Made by a program: the position numbers and the translations under genes. DNA of 55,804 bases from Vitrella brassicaformis CCMP3155 (lineage: Eukaryota > Protista > Chromerida), in assembly GCA_001179505.1 (NCBI GenBank), contig CDMY01000538.1, positions 1 through 55,804 on the forward strand, given 5' to 3'. This document shows, in pieces, positions 21,821 through 34,208 of the stretch (positions are counted from its first letter, which is position 1; each line of letters starts with the position of its first letter). The notes under the pieces were generated by a model that saw nothing but the letters and a program-made list of their open reading frames with translations, was not told the DNA's origin and did no database searches.

Positions 21821-24088
21821 CTAGCTCTCAGAGGCGTTGGATGAGATACCGTAGTGCTCGGGGCTACCGCCGGTGATGTGCTGCAGCGGATGGGGCGGGT
21901 ACTGCTGCCGGCCCCTGTGGGCGTGGCCAGACACAGACGACACAGCCGGGGCGGGGGCAGACTTGGCAGCTGCACACGCACACACAGAGAGAGACAGATT
22001 GAATGCGGGTGAGAGAGGGGGGGGAAGGTGTGTGTATGCGTTGGATCGGCTGACCTTCCCAGGCCAGGCGCGTGTCCTTGGCCTTGTTGTAGGCCTCGTT
22101 GTAGCCGTGCTCGCTGACCAGGAAGCGCTGCTCCTTTGGCTTGCCTTTCTTGCTCTTCATCGTCGCCACCCACGCCTCCTGCCCACACTTGCCGTCATAC
22201 TTGACACCTGCACACACAACACACACACACACACACACACAGGGGGACACACACACTCAGACACAACATTCTGTTTCCCATGTGCGGGTCTATCCCCGCT
22301 CACCGGTCATTTTCTCCACTGTCGTGTTGGTCTTCTCGGGCACACGCGTCGTACCCCCCTCTCCCTCTCCCTCTCCCTCGCCCCCTTCCCCATTGCCTCC
22401 CGCACCCTCCCCATCGCCCTCCTGCGGCTGCTCCGGCTGCTTCTGCTGCTTCTGCTCGGTCGTGGTGTGTGTGGCCGTCATCCCGTCGCCTGTGCGCTTG
22501 GCCGCCAGCAGCAGGCCCCTGGCGCTGTTGACGGCGAGGCTGAATCGTGAGGGGTCGTTGAGCACCTCCTCGGGGATGACGAAGGCGTTGGGCCCGTCGG
22601 TGGTGCCGTCCTGCGTCATGCGCACCAGCTCGAAGGACCCCGTAGACGACGACACACACACTCGCAGACTCAGACCAGCATTCGTCTCCCCCTCCCCCCC
22701 TGCCGCTGCTGGTGTCTTGCTGGGCGGGTGGCTAGGCGGCTCCGCCATGGCTGCCTGGGGGGTCTCTGGGCGCGTCTCGGCGGCGGCATTGCTGGCGTCC
22801 GGCTGCTCTAGGTCGATCACGACGTGGCGCTTGCCGTCCTTGTTGTGCTGCGACTTGGGGGTCAGGGCTGGGGGAGGGGGAGGAGGGATGAGTGTGGGTG
22901 TGGGTTTGGATGTGGCCGTGCGGTGTTTCTTGGGTCTTGGTCGGCGGTCGTCCTCGCTGTCGCTGCTGAGGTATCCCGAGTTGGGACAGGGCTGGGAGGA
23001 CTTCTCTTTCCTCTTCGTCGTCTTGCTGCCTTTGATGGTGGTGCTGGTGGTCGCGGGGGTGGTCGTGGCCTTCTTGGAGGCGGTGATGCGGCTCATGTGC
23101 TCCAGCAGCATGCAGTCCTCGTCACCTCCTCCAGCCTCACACTTGCCCTGCCCCCCTCCCTCCCCTTGGCCCTTCCCCCTCTCCACAGCCCCCATCCCCT
23201 TCTGAGTCGTCCTCATCTTGTTGGCCGTTGTGTGGTTGGTCTGGCTCGATGGCTGCTGGTGCTCGGGCGGGCGGGTTGGCTGCTTCGACAGCCCCGAGCC
23301 GACCGCCACTCCCACAGCAGCCCCAGTGCCACCGCCGCCACTGCCACTGGCAGAGGGGTGGCCATCCACCGGCGTGCTACTGCTGCCTCCGTCCCCACTG
23401 CTACTGCCATTGGCGTTGGCCAGTTTTGCGTAGATCTCCTCCCGTGCCGCACAGGCGTTGAGGAGGGCGCTCTCGAGCTGGTATGGCGAGGAGTCGATGG
23501 GCTGGAAAGGGCCGCTGATCCTCTCGGTGGTATTTGTGGGTGTGGCCTTGGTGACGTAGAACGCCTTGGAGTGTGTGTCCCAGATGAGGTGGTTGCTGCC
23601 GCCGCCGGAGGGGCGGGAGGGGTCGGGCTGCAGGGCGTCGATGGCCTTGAAGGCCGTGTCGTCTAACTCTGATACGTAGATCAACATAAGTAGAGAGATG
23701 GACGGCAGATTCAAGCTTACCGTGGTCAGGCTGGAAATACGGCGGATTCTCGTCGAGATCAGGCAGCGGCGGAGGGATGCCTGCGACAAACCAACCATCC
23801 GTCCATCCAATCCATCCATCCATCCGCAAAACATCCTCCCATCTTCTTCTCATCCTCCCATCTCATCTCACCTGTGTGCGGGTCCATCCCCAGCCCTCCA
23901 AATATCCCGCTACTGTCGCCCATGACGCCCATCATGTCTACATCTCCGCCGCCATACGGCCTCAGGCTGCTGCTGTACATGCCGCTCGATGCGCCATGGC
24001 AGGGCTGGAAGAACGGGTCAAAATCCGGCGCTGTGTGAGGGAAAAGGGCGCTGTCCGGGGGAGGGAAGCCGGAAGGTCTAATGTCCAT
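21821..24088 (-). CDS. ApiAP2 transcription factor (one clear C-terminal AP2 domain plus a degenerate AP2-like segment)
   Basis: TGVKYDGKCGQEAWVATMKSKKGKPKEQRFLVSEHGYNEAYNKAKDTRLAWE. About 5-6 exons reconstructed in frame, ending ...SSNASES*. Confidence 0.8.
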
Positions 24089-24619
24089 CGTCAGAAACCA
24101 TCAAAGTCACAAAACGACAAGGAACGTTGGAGCGCCAAATCGCAGATCTATGGCCATATTAGTCATCCTGGCGAGCCGAGCTTGCAGGCGTGCTGGAGCA
24201 GGAACCAGTAGATTACTTGATGGTGTGCCTCCATGTAAGTGTGCCATTTTCTCGATGGACAGAGTTAGGACCTGAGAAGTGCCTGTCCATTTAGAAGCCA
24301 CCAGTCACATCTCTGTTTGTGGGTGGAGGAGTGGATGCCTTCATGTCCTGGAGGATGACAGGCAAGCAAGACTCATGGTTTGGTCGCCTCGCCCATTCAA
24401 GTATGAGTATATCGACAATGAGGTCAGCATGTCAGCATGGGGGTCTACAGACTAGAGCAATTCCAGTTCACACACACAGAGCCACACAACACACAACACA
24501 CAACACACACAGAACCGTCAGCTGCCACCCCAACAATCATTCAAAACAACAACCCACCCCGATAAAATATAGTGGGGAGAGAGAGAAAGAGAGAGAGAAC
24601 GAAAGCACTACCAGGCTAC

Positions 24620-26207
24620 CTACCGCTCGCCACCCCACAAGAGTCGCCGCCGTGCAGCGGCCTTGCCACCACCCCCACCGGCAGCGTCATCCCCCTCTGG
24701 CTCCATCCCCGCCAGCCGTCTGCTCCTCCGAGGCGACTCACTGCCAGCCTCTTGGTGGGTCGAGTTGGACCGAGTGCTCGGCGTGTAGTCGGGCTTGCCG
24801 CCCGCTCCAGTGGTCTTGCCCTGGGCGGTGGCTGCGTCGTCTTCGTTCTCGTTCTTGGCCTCTGCCTCGCGCATGGCTTTCTTGGCGAGTTGAGTGAGCA
24901 TGTAGATGAGGCTCATGAAGGCGACCAGGCCCACGACGACCACCACGAGCTTCCAGGTGTGGAGGGAGTCCTTGGCCGCCGAACCGCCGCCAGCGGTGAA
25001 GACTGATGAACGCCGAACAGTACAGAGAGTGTGTGCCTGCTCTGTGTGTGTGTTGGTTGGTGTAGTGTCTGGTTTGCTTACTCTCTGAGAGTTCCTTGAC
25101 GTCGCGCCCTATGAAGGTGTAGGTGAGGGCGAAGGGGATGCCTGTCGTCCACGTGGCGAACGTAAAGTGCCTGCAGACAATCAAATCAAGGCATTCACGT
25201 CAGCGTCACATCACCCACCTCCCCACCCCTTCGTTCGTCGTGTCAGTCAGTCGCCCACCAGAATTTGACTCCCGTGACGCCCAGCGCATAGTTGTTGACA
25301 GTGTACGGCAGCACGAACCGAGCGGCAAACACAATCTTAAGACCCTCCCGATGCACTGCATTAAAGGTGCAGACATGCACACATGTGCAGTCCGTCCATT
25401 TCCATGACTCACCTCACCCACCTGCTTTATCGAGGGCCCTGAGGACGGGGCTGCTGTGTATGCGCCGCTCTATGGAGGTACGGAAGAACGTCCGGCCCAG
25501 GAAAAACGACAGACACGCGCCGCTCAGGCTCCCTACAGGACCAACCACGCCAGACAACAGCAGCAGGGATGCCAAAGGGAGGGGAGACCACAACTGAGTG
25601 GGGTCTCGTCTCGTTGTGTGCCACCTACCCACCTGCTGACACGAGGAATACGGCGAGTAGGTAGTTGGAGAAGAGGAGGCCGGTGCTCATGCCCAGCAGA
25701 GGGGCCGGCACACACAGCACCGCCGCCTGCACACACACACACACTCGGACACATGACTGACAAGACTGCCAGCCTGCCTTCCTGTCTGCCAGTGGGATGG
25801 ATGCCTCCGTACCACAGCATAGAAGAGGAGATAGCAGATGACCACTTTGCCCAGGTAGTCCTCCTGCACACACATCCATCCATCCAATGCCACCACACAC
25901 AACCCATCCATCTCTCCATGAATCAAGCAATCAGCAGTCCATCCTTTCCCTCCCTCCGTTCCAGCCCGCCCACCTGTTCGTGCTGCAGCCACACGAAGAA
26001 CGCCTCGGCCCACTGAATGACAGGATACTTCCACGACACCACGCCGATGCCGATGAGCATGGCCGTGCCGATAACCAGTCCCATATGGCTGCTGACAAAC
26101 GACTTGGCGTCCCTCGAGCCCGGCATTGTCAATGGAGTCGCGTCGGTGGCTGCTTCAGCCTGCTTGGCGGACGATGCTGAGTTCTGCCGGTGCGGCTCGG
26201 CCGTCAT
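24620..26207 (-). CDS. VTT/SNARE-associated Golgi (TVP38/TMEM64/DedA-like) membrane protein
   Basis: LCVPAPLLGMSTGLLF, GACLSFFLGR, GLKIVFAARFVLPYTVNNYALGVT, FTFATWTTGIP and several TM segments. Confidence 0.88.
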
Positions 26208-26409
26208 GGAGGAGAGGAAAGATGCCCTGCCCGCTCAGTTCTGTTCTCAGATTCTGCTGACTTCAGAGCTCGCAGCGCTCCAGCGATCCGGGTGAATACG
26301 GCCCACAGATGGACAACCACAGCTTAGCTTATTCGGTTGGTCCGCAACACCGGCTGGAGGAGGGAGGCATCAGTCCATCTCTGCAAGGGAACTGACGCTG
26401 CCACCTACG
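26208..26409. promoter_or_regulatory. Putative bidirectional promoter (VTT / JMJD4)
   Basis: 202 nt between divergent ATGs. Confidence 0.5.
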
Positions 26410-27774
26410 ATGGCTGTCGTCCTGGACCCATCGACCCTCTCGTACTCAGAATTCGTCAAGCGCTTCATGCTGTCTGGAAGGCCTGTGCTCATCAAGGGCC
26501 TCTGCGCCGACTGGGGTGCAAATCAGCAGTGGACCACTGACGGTCTGCCCGACTTTGCCAAGCTTAAGCGCCTCCCTGATGTGAGAGTACCGGTGGTGCA
26601 TTCTTCCGGAGGAGATTACCAGTGCTCAGAGATGAATCTGCATGAGTTTCTCTGCTACTGGGAGAGGAGGCGGGACGCTGCTGCTTCCTCTGATGAGCCG
26701 GAAATCTACCTGAAGGACTGGCACTATGTCGAGGAGATTCTTGGCGGAGAGGGAGAGAGGAGGGCGTCGCTCTATCCGGTGCCTGTCTACTTCGAGGACG
26801 ACTGGTTCAACAAGTATGGGCTGAAGGGGGACTCGGACATTGATGACTTTCGATTCGTCTACTGGGGGCCGCGGGGGACCTGCACACCTGTGCACATGGA
26901 CGTCCTGGGCAGCTTCTCATGGTCAGCCAACATCTGCGGGCGGAAGAGATGGCGCTTTTTCCGGCCGGAGCACTCGCACCTCCTTCGTGACCGATCCGGG
27001 CTGCAGACGGTCACCCACCTCGATTGCTATGACACATCGGCCTTCCCTCATGTGAGGACCGCCCCGGTCGTCGATGTGGTGCAGGAGGCCGGTGACTGCG
27101 TGTTCGTGCCGAGCGGCTGGCACCACCAGGTGGACAACCTGGACGACTGCATGTCCATCAATCACAACTGGGCAGACGCCGCCAACATCCGGGAGGTGCT
27201 GCGGGTGCTCCTGGCCGATCTGAGGCGTGTCGAGGGCCTCCTGGCGTCTGACCGGGGTCTCTTCGACACCGACGTGGAGTACACTTTGGCGTGCCAGCGG
27301 ATTGTGCACGCCAACAATGGCGTGGATCTCTATGGTTTTGTGGCGTTCCTGCTGAGGTGCGTCAGTGGAGAGATGGAAGCGCATCGGGCGTTGGGGAACG
27401 GAGACGACGCCTCGGTGTCAAAAGTGGAAAGGGCGATGAAGCTGCTGTCGCTTTATCGACTGGGGCATCTGCTGGCCACGCTCGCGAGCGGCGGATATGG
27501 CCCGACAAGGCCGTCAGGGGGCGACGCTGCTGCACGGAAGGAGGAAAGTTGCTGTGCCGACGTCCTGTCAGCAGTGCGGCTCATTGCAGACGAGCTGACA
27601 AGTGCGTCGGGTGCTGAGCTTCAGGACGAGGTGTGTGCCATGGCTCGCGCATCTAAGGGCGAGGCAGTGAGCCTGGGGAAGAATGATAATGATGACGTAG
27701 CACCACCTGCAGTGCGTGGGATTGAAGAGATATGGGGGGCCGTGCGGGCGAGGGGATGGACTTCTGACGATTGA
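26410..27774 (+). CDS. JMJD4: JmjC-domain 2-oxoglutarate/Fe(II) dioxygenase, JMJD4-like; single exon, 454 aa
   Basis: YLKDWH, YFEDDWFN, FRFVYWGPRGTCTPVHMDV, SWSANICGRKRW, FVPSGWHHQV.NLDD.MSINHNW. Confidence 0.9.
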   Translation: MAVVLDPSTLSYSEFVKRFMLSGRPVLIKGLCADWGANQQWTTDGLPDFAKLKRLPDVRVPVVHSSGGDYQCSEMNLHEFLCYWERRRDAAASSDEPEIYLKDWHYVEEILGGEGERRASLYPVPVYFEDDWFNKYGLKGDSDIDDFRFVYWGPRGTCTPVHMDVLGSFSWSANICGRKRWRFFRPEHSHLLRDRSGLQTVTHLDCYDTSAFPHVRTAPVVDVVQEAGDCVFVPSGWHHQVDNLDDCMSINHNWADAANIREVLRVLLADLRRVEGLLASDRGLFDTDVEYTLACQRIVHANNGVDLYGFVAFLLRCVSGEMEAHRALGNGDDASVSKVERAMKLLSLYRLGHLLATLASGGYGPTRPSGGDAAARKEESCCADVLSAVRLIADELTSASGAELQDEVCAMARASKGEAVSLGKNDNDDVAPPAVRGIEEIWGAVRARGWTSDD

Positions 27775-28493
27775 TTGATGTTTATCCGCGCATTGCTTTG
27801 TTCGCGTGCCTGTCGTCTCACTCATGAGTGCCCACCTCACCACACAAAGACAAAGACCTTCTTATATGAATAAAAGGAGGGGGAAAAATGGAGGCCACTG
27901 CCAGCGCAAGAGAGGCAAAACCTCTGTTACTCCTTGCTCGTTCAACCAGCCGTCGGCGAAAAAGTGCCGAGACAGTCAGTGCAGTAAGTACGTCAATCGG
28001 GGGAGGGAAGGAAGACAAGAAATCTCCCGAAAAGGACGGGGGAAGGCTCCCACCAACCATGTGTGAGTGCCACTGGGCATCACTTTCCGTGCGGCATCGA
28101 GTCTCCTCTCAGCAATTCTACCTAACACACAGAAGGGAGCGCCAATGCATTCCGTGCAGAAGGCACACGCAGGTCGCCACAGCACACGCTCACAGCGCAC
28201 CACCTTCCCACACCACATCCAACATTCAACATCCCAAATCTTGCCACGAATCGAATCAATCACACTGTCTGTCATCATCAATCACACTCCGCCAAAGATG
28301 CCTCCACATTGAGTGGGACCCACAAAAAAACACCCATTCACAATCGGCCGATGGATAAAGACAGACAGACAGACACGCCACACAATAAAACGGCAGTCAC
28401 TGGTCGATCAGGCAGGACACCCTCACACACACACACACACACACGCACACACACACACGGCCCGGCCCCATTTGCGGCTGCATGTCCGTCCAT

Positions 28494-31447
28494 TCAGGCC
28501 TGTGCTTGGCGTATGGGCTCGAAGGTGTATGTGGGGTTGGGCCAGGGGTGGTTGATGCCTGAACGTGACTGCCGCCCGGGGGTGGCCGAGCCGGGGGCTA
28601 GCGACACCTGATTAAACAACACACAAACACAACACACAACACAACACGTGGGTCGGCCGCTGCCCGCTGTCCGCTGTGGGGGAAGAGGTGGGTCTCTCTC
28701 ACCTTCCAGTCCTGGATCAATCTTGCGAAGAGCGCACTGACCTCCGTCTCAGCGATGCGCGAACCCGGGCACATCCTCTTGCCACTGACGACGGACATGC
28801 AGACAGACAGACAGACAGACACACACATCGCACCAGCATGGATGGATGGATGGATGTGTGGGGCAGAGGGCGCATTCACTGACCGGCCAAAGTGCATGAG
28901 CAGATAAGGATCCCTCATGGTCTTGTCTCTGGCGGCCGCCATGGGGCATCCCTTGCTCGGCACGCCGCTGCTGCGCAGCCACCTCTCAGGCCTGCATACA
29001 ACACACACGGGCACACAGCAGCCATCCAGCCATCGGTGCTTTGTGACACGTGTGTGTGTGTGTGTCTGTGTGTGTGAGTTAGATATCGGGCGCACTTGAA
29101 TGAGTGCGGGTCGTCGAATATGGTTTCGTTCTTGAGGTAGGGGCTGGGCAGCATCTGGATGATCGTGTTGGCAGGGACGTTGTAGCCCTGCAGCTCAATG
29201 TCGTGGTCGAGCAGCCGCACAACGCCATCTACACACAAAAAAACAGAACACATACAGCCAGCGGGTTGGTTCTTGGCTTGCTGCGCTGCCTTTCACTCTG
29301 CCCACTGCCGACTGTGACGGGCGTCTTCCGGAAGGTCTCTCGGATGCACGCCCGCAGATACCTGTCAGACAGACCACACAATTGTGTGACGACACACACA
29401 CCAATTGTGTGCAAAGAGGAAGGCATATATGCTGCCTGCAGTGAGGCTCGCTCACGTGCACTTGGAGATGTCTTCAGGTGTCAGGTGTCGGCCCTGCAGC
29501 AGTGTCTGCATCTCATGGCGGAGGGTCGTCTGCACGTCGGGGTGGGTGGCCAGGTAGTACATCAGCCACCTGGTGAGCCAGCAAAGCAAGACGCCGGCCA
29601 CATAGCACACGACGCGCTGTGATGTGAATGGCCAGCTGGCTCACTTGATGACCGAAGAGGTCGTATCTACGCCGGCAATGAAAATGGCTGCACACATACA
29701 CACACACACACGCGCACAGGTGTTCCTCTTGTTCGTTGCCCTCCACTCCCCAGTGCACTCGGCACTCGGCTCACTTCCAGTGTTGAGCACAAGTTCCTCT
29801 CGGGTGTCTTGATCGCTTTCAGCCAGCAGAGGCAGCTTGTGCGCCATCCAGCACTTCGTCGACGAACGGCCCCCGTCGCGATTGGCTTCACGGAGCCTAT
29901 GCACCGTCTCCTGAATCACACACGCACACACACACACACACGCAACCAAAGCCAAGTGGCAGGGTGCACGTGTGAGTAGCTGGGTCGTCGTCTTGGCTTA
30001 CGTCGATGTGCACGTTGGCACGGTCGAACAGCTGGTTCATTTGTCTGACCATATTGAGATACATGGGCGTGTCGACCTTGTTGCGCACCGCCTCCCTCTC
30101 GCGTGGGTCGAAAATCATCCTGTCCGCCTCGGCCATCAGATGGATGCCGCTGTAGAGAAACTCTTCATCTTCCTGCAATGACAATGATGGATTGACACAC
30201 ACATGCGGGTGTCTGGCGGCTCTGTGTGGGTTACGGGTGAGTTCTCTCTTGCGATGGCTCCGATGCGTTTGTCGAACAGCACCTGGCCGATCATCTCAAA
30301 GGTGACGCGGGGCACCCACTCGTCCATGCGATCTGACGCCTCCTGCACACACAAATAAGTGGGTCATAATGACAGGTTGCAATCGTCATTCATTCTGCCC
30401 GAGCTGACCGACCGGCAGGTGCTCAGATGCCTCCTTGACAGGCCTTTCCAGCAGCGGCAGGTAGGCCTGCGCGTCAGCGGGATTCAGCAGCTTCTCCTGG
30501 ATGGACTCTGAGCAGAAATGGGAGCAGCACGGCACTCATATCGATCATATGTCACTGTCTGTGTGTGTGCGACGGTGTGTGTCTAGGTGTGTACTTGCCT
30601 CTCATCCGCTGCCACTGTGCACCGGTGGCCACAGGGAGCATCGGCTTGCCGTTCTCTTGGGCGTAGCGCGCCCAGTGGGGCAGGGAGATCACAGAACCAG
30701 ACGGCCACACGCCTTCCGCACGGGACACCTGCAGTCACGTCACACCACATCCATCCATCCATGCATTGATTGTACGTCCAGACAGACACAAGGACAGACA
30801 GCGCGCGTGGCATGGCTGGACCTCCTGCGTGCGGGCTGACCTTTTCGATGTCCCGCGGGTTAAAGATATACACACGGACCTGGCCAAAGACCTGCATCGA
30901 CACAACACAAGCATGCACACACAGACGTAGGGATGAGCCGTGGTACGTGGTCGTCTGTGGGTGGGGTGGGGGGGCTGACCCGTTCGTGTTTCACAGCGAT
31001 GTCTCCGTACATCCTGTGATAGTACTGAACCACCTGCTCAGGGTCACCTGAAGTCACACACGCACACACACACGCACACGCACACGCACACGCACACAGC
31101 ACCAAGCCATCATTCATCCCCCCATCCACTCATTCATATACAGCTGCCGATCTGGACACCATACCGTCTTTCGCCCCATGCTCGAGCAGCTCCTCGACAG
31201 TCGACGGACCTGGCGCCTCACTCAGCGGCCGCACACTGATCTCCCCAGCGCCAGCTACCCTGAACGTCAACGTGCTAGGCCGCCCTCCCTGCTGCTGTTG
31301 CGGTGTCTGTGGCAGATCGATGGAGTGCAGGAGGTTGGGCGGCGTATGCGCCTGCGTGCCGGAAACGGCTGCCTGCGCATGCCGAGTCTGCAAGCCCGCG
31401 CGTGAGGCGATCAATGATGGATGACGGGATGCGAACCGGCGCAGCAT
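28494..31447 (-). CDS. Cytochrome P450 with a mitochondrial-presequence-like N-terminus
   Basis: I-helix AIFIAGVDTT, K-helix YLRACIRETFR, PERW, heme motif FGRGKRMCPGSRIAETE. N-terminus MLRRFASRHPSLIASRAGLQTRHA with no TM anchor. About 12 exons. Confidence 0.92.
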
Positions 31448-31572
31448 GACGGGCACGCGAGGGAATGGCAAGCAGCAAGCGGCGGAGGCGCTAGCAAGCG
31501 ACCCTTCGAGCGAGCAGTTTCACGCAGTGTCCTAGGCCTGGCGGTTAAGCTTGACCGTTGAAAAACTGGTCA

Positions 31573-34208
31573 ATGGCCCTCCTCTCGGGTGCCTTGGCTT
31601 CCCGCCCAGCCATTCATCGTGGCATCACACCTGATGAAGCGGCCGCTCTCCAGCAGCCTCTTTCGGTGGTCCCTTTACAGAGCGACGTACAGAGCGGCAG
31701 GAGTGGCCAGCTCTCCGGGCAATTACCGCCACTCCGCTCGCCACTCACACCCGGCCATCAGCTGCAGCAGAAGAGTCTACCGGTGGCGGGCACGCGAGTC
31801 GGTGGGAGCGGCCTAGGGCAGACAGGCCGGCCAGCTGTCGACGTTCCCCCATGGCCTTCTGGCCTGCTGCCGCACACCATCCTCTTGCACTGCCCGGCCG
31901 TGGCACAGCACCACTTTATTCCAAGGTACGGAAACCCAAACACATCACGCTAGCTGTCCTTTGGTGGTCCCTCCATGCTCTTCTCCCTTCTCACATATAT
32001 GTGTGCGATGAGAAGCCCTTCCCTGTCGGGAAGTTTGGCTATCAGGAGACGAAACACGCCGCCACCGCACACCGACGGGCGATGGACGTGGTAGTGTCGC
32101 CTTGGCCTTCACCTGGCGGCGGGATAGCAGCTTACCGCCCGATTGACATCGTCAGTCCCCCCGCAACCGCCTCCACGCGGCCGATGTCGGAGCATCAAAG
32201 CGGTGTCAGAGGCGTCAGCTTCAACAAGTGCAAAAACTCATGGACGGCCACCTGGTGTGTGAACCGCATCCCCTATAGGACAAAGAAGTTCTCGGTGAGG
32301 AAATATGGCTATGAGGGCGCCAAGAAGGCCGCCATCGCACACAGGCGGGAGATGGAGCGATTGAAGCACTACTTCGACGGGCAGTGTGGCAGTCTCATGG
32401 CGATCCCTCCTGCCGAGCGCCATCGTCAGGGCGCTGTGGATCACCGGAGCGGCCCCCAGGAGGAGACCGACACAACAGACGGCTGCGCGGGGCCTCATGA
32501 GACCAGGGCTGGTGGGCAGCCAGCCGCCACGTCGGCCGCTGACATGGATGGCAGCAGCAGGGTGGAGGAGGACGTCATGCTGACTAAGCTGCTGGAGGGC
32601 GTGCGTGCGACTGATCCTGAGAGCGGCGGTCGGTATGAGATCGCCACAGTGACGGCGGCCGGCCGGCAGACAAAGGCAGTCCGGTGGAGGCCGTCGGGTT
32701 AGAGGAGACAACACAGGGCAAGGAAGGGCAGGATTGATCTGCCTGTGTGTCTGCTGATCAGAGGTGTGTGTAGCGTCTGACCGGCGTGATGTCCAGGACC
32801 AGGGTAATGGACACCCGGTTGGCTCAGCCGGGGTGCACCACTTCACCCATCGTCTCGGCTGTCCGCCTGTGTGCCTTTCAGGATTGGCTGATCCTTCGAA
32901 GCGCCGTATGCCAAGCAGCGCCCCTGTCGACCCCTGCAATGGCCGAGACCCCTCGCCGGACGGCAGCCGCCCTCCGAAGCGGCGGCGAACAGAGCCGCCG
33001 CAGAATGACTCGCATCATGAAGGACGACCAATGGGCCAGACAAACAAGACGGTCGTCACCAAGCACACCTCGGACATACCAGGGGTCTGTTGGTGTGCGT
33101 CGACCCGATCCTGGGTAGCCTCATGGGTCGAGAAGGGCGACAAGAGGCGGAAACACAAGTTCTTCAGCGCTCGTAGCTATGGATTCGACAAGGCCAAGGT
33201 GCGCATGACGCCGCCTATCACCACTAACGCCCCAAAAGAACTCTGGGTGTGTCGTTCGTGTGTGTGTGTGTGTGTGTGTGTTGTCCACTCAGGCGTTGGC
33301 CGAACAGCACCGACGTGAAATGGAAGACCACACCAAGGGCACTGTCATCACCAAATCCGGTGAGGAGCACAAGAAAGGAATTCAAACACCATCACTGACC
33401 TTCGTGTGGTCCCGCCAATTGCAGACCACCAGTCGGATGTGGCGCGTGTTCGTTGGCATGAGGATAAGCAGGCCTGGAGGGCATCGTGGTACGAGAAGGG
33501 CGACCCGAAGAAGAAGGAGAAGGACTTTTGCGTCAAAGATCATGGATTCGACAGAGCAAAGGTGCGCATGACGTCGCCCATTCCCTCTGTCTCGCTCTGA
33601 GTGTCCCATGTGTGTGCCTCCGTCCGTCAGGCGTTGGCCGAAGAGCATCGCCGTGAGCTGGAGCGCACCGGACGGGTGGTCGTCAGGAAGAGATCGGAGC
33701 ACCAGAGCGGCGTCAAGGGCGTCAGCTATCACAAGGGCAAGAACTCATGGGTCGCCAACTGGTACGAGGGCGGCAAGCAGAAGTTAAAGCCGTTCTCTGT
33801 GCGGCAGCTGGGTATGGAGGGCGCTAAGAAGGCCGCCATAGCGCACAGGCGGGAGATGGAGCGACAGCATTACACATTCAAAGACAGGGGAGAGGCCGGT
33901 CGGCGAGACAAGGCTGGCGTCCACCGTGATCCATCCTTATGACTGTCTCTCTGTCTGTCTGTCTGGGTCTGTGTGTGTCACTGTTGCCGTCAGCAGGTCT
34001 CTCTTCGCCGCGTGACGACCAAGCGACTCTATCATCCCGCAATGCTCTAGCTGAGTCGTCCACAGCATCGCCAGCCGACCTCAGTTTTTCTCTTTACCCC
34101 GAGCTGATGGCTAAGGCCGTGAGCGCTTGCCAGACCACCGCCCCCCTCCCCAGCACCAGCGCGACTCAGACAGCTGCAGCCTCACCGCGTGTGGCCATCG
34201 CACCATGA
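31573..34208 (+). CDS. Multi-AP2 (4 AP2 domains) ApiAP2 protein, inverted paralog of locus 5352-8863; one 1-nt frameshift in the N-terminal region
   Basis: Introns 31926-32045, 32698-32773, 33199-33292, 33360-33424, 33562-33630 and 33899-33996 are all in frame. AP2 domains at ~32190, ~33060, ~33425 and ~33700. Frame break at ~31870-31877. Confidence 0.8.

Noticed and set aside
26689-26705. CTGATGA...GAAA hammerhead-like words (also ~3306)
   Set aside because: No stem II or flanking helices, and both lie inside coding exons.
27888-28065. ORF with aaaATG context and a possible donor downstream of JMJD4
   Set aside because: No downstream exon or homology evident; probably 3' UTR or intergenic.
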